DNA from: an uncultured Acidobacteriota bacterium
GTDB taxonomy: Bacteria > Acidobacteriota > Vicinamibacteria > Vicinamibacterales > UBA8438
Assembly: GCA_913043225.1 (NCBI GenBank)
Contig: CAJWLU010000012.1
Coordinates: 1 to 64,000, forward strand
Length of the DNA stretch: 64,000 nt
Reading direction: 5' to 3'
Position 1 is the stretch's first letter; each line of letters opens with the position of its first letter. The translations under genes were made by a program, and so were the position numbers. A model generated the notes under the pieces. That model was not told the origin of the DNA, ran no database searches, and was given only the letters and a program-made list of their open reading frames with translations. This document shows, in pieces, positions 58,889-64,000 of this stretch.

Positions 58889-60027
58889 GTATACGCGTGC
58901 GCTCGTTGCTCGTTGCGTGGGCCGTGGTGCTGACTCCCCAAATGACCTTGGCGCAGTCGATTGACACGGTCGCCGCCCTCGTGCCGGCGCCTCTGGGCTA
59001 CGCCTCGGTGGTCGAAGAGGCTCGACGCCTGGTGATCGCTGATCAGGCGGAGCGTGGCTACCCGGGCATCGCGATTGCGGTTTCGGTCGACGGTGAGACG
59101 GTATGGTCCGAGGGGTTCGGCTACGCCGACCTCGAGCATCGGGTGCCGATGTGGCCGTCGGCCAAGTTCCGGGTCGGCAGCATCTCCAAGTCGATGACGG
59201 CCGCCGCCGCGGCCACTCTGGTCGAAGCGGGGCGCCTCGATCTCGACGTGCCGATCCAGCGCTATGTCCCGTCGTTTCCGGAGAAGGCGCACCCCATTAC
59301 GGCTCGTCAGCTCGGCGGGCACTTGGGCGGCATTCGCCACTACAAGGGCGACGAGAACCTGATTAACGAGCAGTACGACACGGTGTCGGAAGCACTCTTG
59401 ATCTTCGCGGCCGATCCACTGGAGCATCCCCCCGGAAGCGAGTTCCTCTACACGAGTCACGGTTTCAATCTGTTGAGCGCCGTGGTCGAGGGGGCTGCGG
59501 GTGAGGACTTTCTGACCTACATGCGTCACGCTGTGTTCCGTCCGCTTGGGATGGGAGATACCGTCGCCGACCATGTCGCGCCGATCATCGCCGGACGGAC
59601 GAGTTACTACGTGCGGGACGATGCGGGTCAGGTGGTGAACGCACCGTGGGTGAACAATAGCTACAAATGGGCGGGTGGCGGGTTCCTGTCAACGACCGAG
59701 GATGTCCTCCGGTTTGCTAACGCCCATCTCGGCGATGAATACCTGTCTCGTGAAGCCCGCCGCCTCCTGTTCGCCGAGCAGCGCAACGCGGCCGGTGAGG
59801 GCACCGGGTACGGTCTTGGCTGGTTCGTCGATACTGGTGATGACGGGCGGCGACTTCTCTTCCATGCGGGTGGGTCCATCGGCGGAACTTCGCTGATGAT
59901 CATGCAGCCCGAGACTGGCGTCGTGGTGGTCGGGCTGATCAACCTGTCCGGGGCACAGAACGGTGTCGTGCGCGATGTCCTACGGCTGTTCGTTGGGGCG
60001 GCCGATATGACCACTAGTGAATCCTGA
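58885..60027 (+). CDS. Beta-lactamase-family serine hydrolase
   Basis: SISK, YTSHG, HAGG. Confidence 0.9.
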   Translation: MSIRVRSLLVAWAVVLTPQMTLAQSIDTVAALVPAPLGYASVVEEARRLVIADQAERGYPGIAIAVSVDGETVWSEGFGYADLEHRVPMWPSAKFRVGSISKSMTAAAAATLVEAGRLDLDVPIQRYVPSFPEKAHPITARQLGGHLGGIRHYKGDENLINEQYDTVSEALLIFAADPLEHPPGSEFLYTSHGFNLLSAVVEGAAGEDFLTYMRHAVFRPLGMGDTVADHVAPIIAGRTSYYVRDDAGQVVNAPWVNNSYKWAGGGFLSTTEDVLRFANAHLGDEYLSREARRLLFAEQRNAAGEGTGYGLGWFVDTGDDGRRLLFHAGGSIGGTSLMIMQPETGVVVVGLINLSGAQNGVVRDVLRLFVGAADMTTSES

Positions 60028-60068
60028 CGACACTGCTCCGCACGCCCGCTCCCGATCAGGACACCGGT

Positions 60069-60497
60069 TTGCATAGGCGGTCGCTGGAGTTTTGGCGCTG
60101 GGAACCGATCTACCGCCACGAAGGTGAGCTGTATCTCGAACGGCTGCGTTTGATCGCCTGCCGCTGGTTCGGCATTTACGTGCACTGGTTCCATGAGAGC
60201 GACGACGACTCCTTGCACGACCATCCCTGGCCGTTCCTCACGATCATCCTACGGGGAGGCTACTGGGAGCACACGCCCGGTCCGGGCAGCACCCTCGGCA
60301 AGCGGTGGCATCGGCCTGGCGCGATCCGTTTCTGTCCCGCGAACTGGCTGCACCGGGTCGAGATCGACCCAGCCCGCAAGCCGCTTACCGTCGTGATCCG
60401 AGGAACTCAGATCCGGCGCTGGGGGTTCCAGACTCCCAACGGATGGATCCCCTGGCCCGAGTACAAGGGACAAAAAAAGCGATCCGCTTCGTCCTGA
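60069..60497 (+). CDS. Cupin-like hypothetical protein
   Basis: HDHPW...GGYWEH...LHRV metal-binding cupin pattern, RRWGF; TTG start after AGGA. Confidence 0.7.
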   Translation: MHRRSLEFWRWEPIYRHEGELYLERLRLIACRWFGIYVHWFHESDDDSLHDHPWPFLTIILRGGYWEHTPGPGSTLGKRWHRPGAIRFCPANWLHRVEIDPARKPLTVVIRGTQIRRWGFQTPNGWIPWPEYKGQKKRSASS

Positions 60498-60562
60498 TCA
60501 AACGTGAGTCACGCCCTCCTCTTTCTCCCCGATGCGCCCGACCATGGTCCAGTGGAGGCGGG

Positions 60563-61408
60563 CTAGTGGCTCATGGCGTGTAACAGGACGTTGACGCCTA
60601 GCGAGTAACCCTCCGGGGCGAATTGATCAAAGAAGCGGGGGTCTTCACCCTCGCGCTCCCACGAGTCCTGAATGTCCGTGTTGTGGGTCATCGCTACCAG
60701 AATGCGTCCGTCGTCGTCGGTGATTACCCGGAAGTGAGCCGCGTTGCTGTCGATGCCACGTTCCGAGGTAGATGACCCTCCGGTTCGCCGCCAGTAGCGG
60801 ATATTGGTTATCTGAGGCACTTCCCAGATGTTGTAGTGCGCCTGGAACAGCGGATGATCGAGCGGCAGGTCAATAATGGGATATTCCGACGGCGGCAAGA
60901 CCCGTGAGATCTCCGCCTCCCACTGATTCCAGGCCGGGGTACCCCAGAAGTCGTCCACCCAGAGAAAGCCGCCCTTGAGCAGATACTCGCGCAGGCGCTG
61001 CACTTCGATCGCAGAGAATCCCACCGTGCCGACGTCAGAGCCCATCAGGAACGGGCAGGTGAACAGCGCCGGGTCTGTGGCCCCTACCACCCAGTGGTTA
61101 GGCCGTTTCCGCTCGTCGAAGTCGACCTTGGTCGAGGTCAGCTCGGAGAGCCGGATCATAAAGTTGGAGTCGGCGTCAGGATAGTCGGTGCTCCAGCCGT
61201 ACCCCTCCCGTTCCCGACGCACACTCGTGTACATCAACCGGCAGAAGGTAAAGCCGTTGTCACGGTGAGCTGCCGGTTTGAGCCGCGGTGTGCGCCGGCT
61301 GCCGCGGAACCCACCCCAGCCTACCTGGGCGTCGGCGACCGATGCCAGGAGCATGGCAACGACCAGCGCAATGGCGCCGCCGGATAGCCATCGAGCGTTC
61401 AGGCGCAT
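60563..61408 (-). CDS. DUF4159 domain protein
   Basis: WSTDYPDAD, LREYLLKGGFLWVDDFWG, HNTDIQDSWE. Confidence 0.88.
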   Translation of the reverse strand: MRLNARWLSGGAIALVVAMLLASVADAQVGWGGFRGSRRTPRLKPAAHRDNGFTFCRLMYTSVRREREGYGWSTDYPDADSNFMIRLSELTSTKVDFDERKRPNHWVVGATDPALFTCPFLMGSDVGTVGFSAIEVQRLREYLLKGGFLWVDDFWGTPAWNQWEAEISRVLPPSEYPIIDLPLDHPLFQAHYNIWEVPQITNIRYWRRTGGSSTSERGIDSNAAHFRVITDDDGRILVAMTHNTDIQDSWEREGEDPRFFDQFAPEGYSLGVNVLLHAMSH

Positions 61409-61542
61409 AATCCTTTAAGAGTGCTGATTGTGTCACACCGCCGAGGCTCGGCGTTCGGTTTCCAGAACGGTTGCGTCGGAGACTCGGCTGGGCCATTATG
61501 CGGGGGCATCGACGCGACCGATGGAGGCAGGGGAGAGCAGGG

Positions 61543-62562
61543 ATGAGCACTCAACCTCGAGCAGTGGGGCCTAGGGCTTACGCAGCGTTGATTGGTATCG
61601 CGTGTGGGCTGATGGTCGCCTCAGTTGTGGCGCAGGATCCGGTGGGCTGGACGCCGTCGCGTACGGCCGATGGGAAGGTGGACCTGCAGGGCATCTGGGC
61701 GAATAATCGCGCGACTCCAATGCAGCGGCCGGAGCAATTTGGCGAGAAGGCGACGCTCAGTGATGAGGAGTTGGCTGAGCTAACCCAGCTGATCGCCGAG
61801 TTCCGTGACTCGGAGCAGGCAGGTGACCTGCTGGGCGACCGGCTGATCCAGCAGGCTCTGGGTAACTCGACCTTCCAGGACTTCGATGCCGAGACCGGCA
61901 ATTACAATGCGTTCTGGCTGGTCGACCGAGCGCTCGACAACCGTACTTCGCTCATCATCAACCCGCCCAACGGGCGTCGACCTTCGATGACCGATGCGGC
62001 GCAGGCGCGCGCCCGGGAGCGCGGGGCGGCTCGCGCAGAACGGGGGCCGTCGGACGGGCCCGAGGACCGGACGCTCGGCGACCGCTGCCTGCACTTCTCG
62101 GTGCCGAACATGGGGTCTGGCTACAATAGCTACTTCCAGCTGCTGCAGACGCCGGATCAGGTCACCATCATGCAGGAGATGGGGCACCTGGTTCGCACGA
62201 TTCCGCTCGATGACCGTCCCCACCTCGACGACAAGATCCCGCAGTGGGCGGGCAACGCACGTGGACACTGGGAGGGCGATACGCTCGTTGTCGAGACTCG
62301 CAATTGGGACCCGCGCAGCCGCTTTAGTGGAGGCTCCTCGAATCTGGTGTTGACCGAACGGTTTACGCGCATCGCGCCCCGTGTACTGCGTCAGGAGATC
62401 ACGCTGACCGACATGGATACCTGGATCCAGCCGTGGACAGTGGAACTCCTGCTGGACCAGAGCGACGACGCGATCTTCGAGTACGCCTGTCACGAAGGGA
62501 ACTACGCTATGGAAGGTATCCTGGGTGGTGCCCGCTACGAGGAGCGAGAAGCGGGGCGGTAG
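61543..62562 (+). CDS. Secreted hypothetical protein (DLQGIW...FEYACHEGN family), copy 1
   Basis: Signal peptide; DLQGIW, SLIINPPNGR, GHWEGDTLVVET, FEYACHEGNY. Confidence 0.88.
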   Translation: MSTQPRAVGPRAYAALIGIACGLMVASVVAQDPVGWTPSRTADGKVDLQGIWANNRATPMQRPEQFGEKATLSDEELAELTQLIAEFRDSEQAGDLLGDRLIQQALGNSTFQDFDAETGNYNAFWLVDRALDNRTSLIINPPNGRRPSMTDAAQARARERGAARAERGPSDGPEDRTLGDRCLHFSVPNMGSGYNSYFQLLQTPDQVTIMQEMGHLVRTIPLDDRPHLDDKIPQWAGNARGHWEGDTLVVETRNWDPRSRFSGGSSNLVLTERFTRIAPRVLRQEITLTDMDTWIQPWTVELLLDQSDDAIFEYACHEGNYAMEGILGGARYEEREAGR

Positions 62563-62658
62563 GTAACGCTAGCGTCTAGGTTGGGGTCTATTTACCATGT
62601 GGTTGCCTGGTGAGGCATGTCGTTGGCGCGTCCCGCGCCGGGCTGATAAGAGGACGAG

Positions 62659-63666
62659 ATGTTGACCTTTCGCGCCGCCGCTCTGGGCGGGTTCCTGGCT
62701 GTGGTGGGCCTGATAGGCACTGCCTTGGCCCAGTCATCGGACATTCCCCGTACCCCGTGGGGGCACCCGGACATGCAAGGCCTCTGGAATAACTCCACGA
62801 CTACCCCGCTCGAGGCACTGACTGGGGAGGAGCGGGCGCGAAGCCGCGAGGCGAGGCGTCCCGTAATCGAGGCGACGGCAGGCACTGGCGCCGCGTTTCC
62901 AGAGCAACGGGGCCCGCTTGACCGACCTTCGCTCATCATCGACCCGCCAGACGGCCGGATCAAGATGACCGACAAGGCCATCCGACGTCTGATCGTGCGG
63001 GAGAACGCACGGGAGGGACGCGGCGAGTCCGACTCCTGGCTCGACCGGAACAGCTGGGAGCGTTGCATCTCCCGCACCCTGCCGGTGGCGATGATCCCGA
63101 ATCTCTACAACGCGAACTATCAGATCTTCCAGACCCCGGATTACGTCGTTCTGATAATGGAAATGATCCACGAGGCTCGGATCATTCCGCTCGATCTGCC
63201 ACCCTCCTCGGAGAAGATTCGCCAGTGGCTGGGCGACTCGCGGGGGCGCTGGGAGGATGACACCCTGGTAGTCGAGACGATCCACTTCAACGACAAGCTC
63301 GATGGGGGCGACTATCAGCCGTCACATATCATTCAGACCGGGCATCGCGGTTCGGGCGCGACGCTCAAGCTCACCGAGCGGTTCACCCTGACCGACACCA
63401 GCACCATTGACTATCAGTTCACGGTGGAAGATTCCGAGACGTACACTCAACCCTACACCGTGGCGATCCCAATGGAGCGGTCGGCCCCAGACGTGGTGCT
63501 CTTCGAGTATGCCTGTCACGAAGGCAACTATGGGATGACCAACCTGTTGCACGCCGGTCGCGCCGACGAAGCCCAGGCGCTCGAGTTGGCCGGGCTCGTG
63601 TCTGAGCAGCGGAAGGATGCGGGCCACCCTGGCGTTCGTGAGCCGGCCGTGCCGTTCGTGCCCTAG
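62659..63666 (+). CDS. Secreted hypothetical protein, same family, copy 2
   Basis: RTPWGHPDMQGLW, SLIIDPPDGR, GRWEDDTLVVET, FEYACHEGNY. Confidence 0.88.
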   Translation: MLTFRAAALGGFLAVVGLIGTALAQSSDIPRTPWGHPDMQGLWNNSTTTPLEALTGEERARSREARRPVIEATAGTGAAFPEQRGPLDRPSLIIDPPDGRIKMTDKAIRRLIVRENAREGRGESDSWLDRNSWERCISRTLPVAMIPNLYNANYQIFQTPDYVVLIMEMIHEARIIPLDLPPSSEKIRQWLGDSRGRWEDDTLVVETIHFNDKLDGGDYQPSHIIQTGHRGSGATLKLTERFTLTDTSTIDYQFTVEDSETYTQPYTVAIPMERSAPDVVLFEYACHEGNYGMTNLLHAGRADEAQALELAGLVSEQRKDAGHPGVREPAVPFVP

Positions 63667-63687
63667 AGCTTCACCGATGAGAGCCTG

Positions 63688-64000
63688 ATGACCAGTAAAT
63701 GCCAGATTCTGATCTGCCTGACCATTGCCCTCGCCCTTGCCGCGGCGGCGCCGGCCGATGCTCAGTGGACCCCGAAGCGTCTGGCGGCTGATTCGGTCGA
63801 GTTGCCCCGTACCCTCTGGGGCACCCCCGACTTCCAAGGCCTGTGGAACAACTCCACTACCACCCCGCTTGAGCGGTTGACCTCTGAAGAGCAGGCGCAG
63901 AGCCGCCGAGCACAGCAGGCGGTCATCGAGGCCACTGGCGGCACCGGTGCAGGCTGGCTCGAGCAGGCTGGGCAGATCGAGCGCGAGTCTCTCGTCATCG
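63688..64000 (+). CDS. Secreted hypothetical protein, same family, copy 3 (runs off window)
   Basis: MTSKCQILICLTIALALAAAAPADAQ...RTLWGTPDFQGLWNNSTTTPLE, closely matching copy 2. Confidence 0.85.
   Translation, partial: MTSKCQILICLTIALALAAAAPADAQWTPKRLAADSVELPRTLWGTPDFQGLWNNSTTTPLERLTSEEQAQSRRAQQAVIEATGGTGAGWLEQAGQIERESLVI

Noticed and set aside
1..64000. CRISPR array, rRNA, transposase, prophage or defence genes
   Set aside because: No regularly spaced repeats or diagnostic motifs seen.

Overview
GC-rich bacterial chromosomal window. Gene families and gene order suggest Acidobacteriota, probably Vicinamibacterales-like (inference). It starts at the 3' end of tmRNA and contains a core translation/division block on the minus strand (tRNA-Val, thrS, infC, rpmI, rplT, pheS, pheT, zapB-like, zapA, 6S RNA, rny, thiL) and yqgF-mltG. 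The rest is a long run of secreted hydrolases and oxidoreductases (M28, M20, M14 and M16 peptidases, penicillin acylase, esterases, two PQQ dehydrogenases, a lactonase, a beta-lactamase-family hydrolase), transporters, larE with a divergent Ni-permease-like gene, and envelope proteins. It ends in a tandem array of three uncharacterised secreted paralogs. I saw no CRISPR array, rRNA, transposase or phage module. Best leads: an RRM protein apparently initiated at AUU like infC; a CtpA-like protein that has lost both catalytic residues and sits behind a decayed envC-like gene; an M28 gene bracketed by inverted heptamer repeats; an unannotated promoter, structured leader and 58-aa ORF; a secreted protein/Omp85 pair; and two sigma54-type promoters. 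All family calls come from motif recognition by eye, with no database searches.
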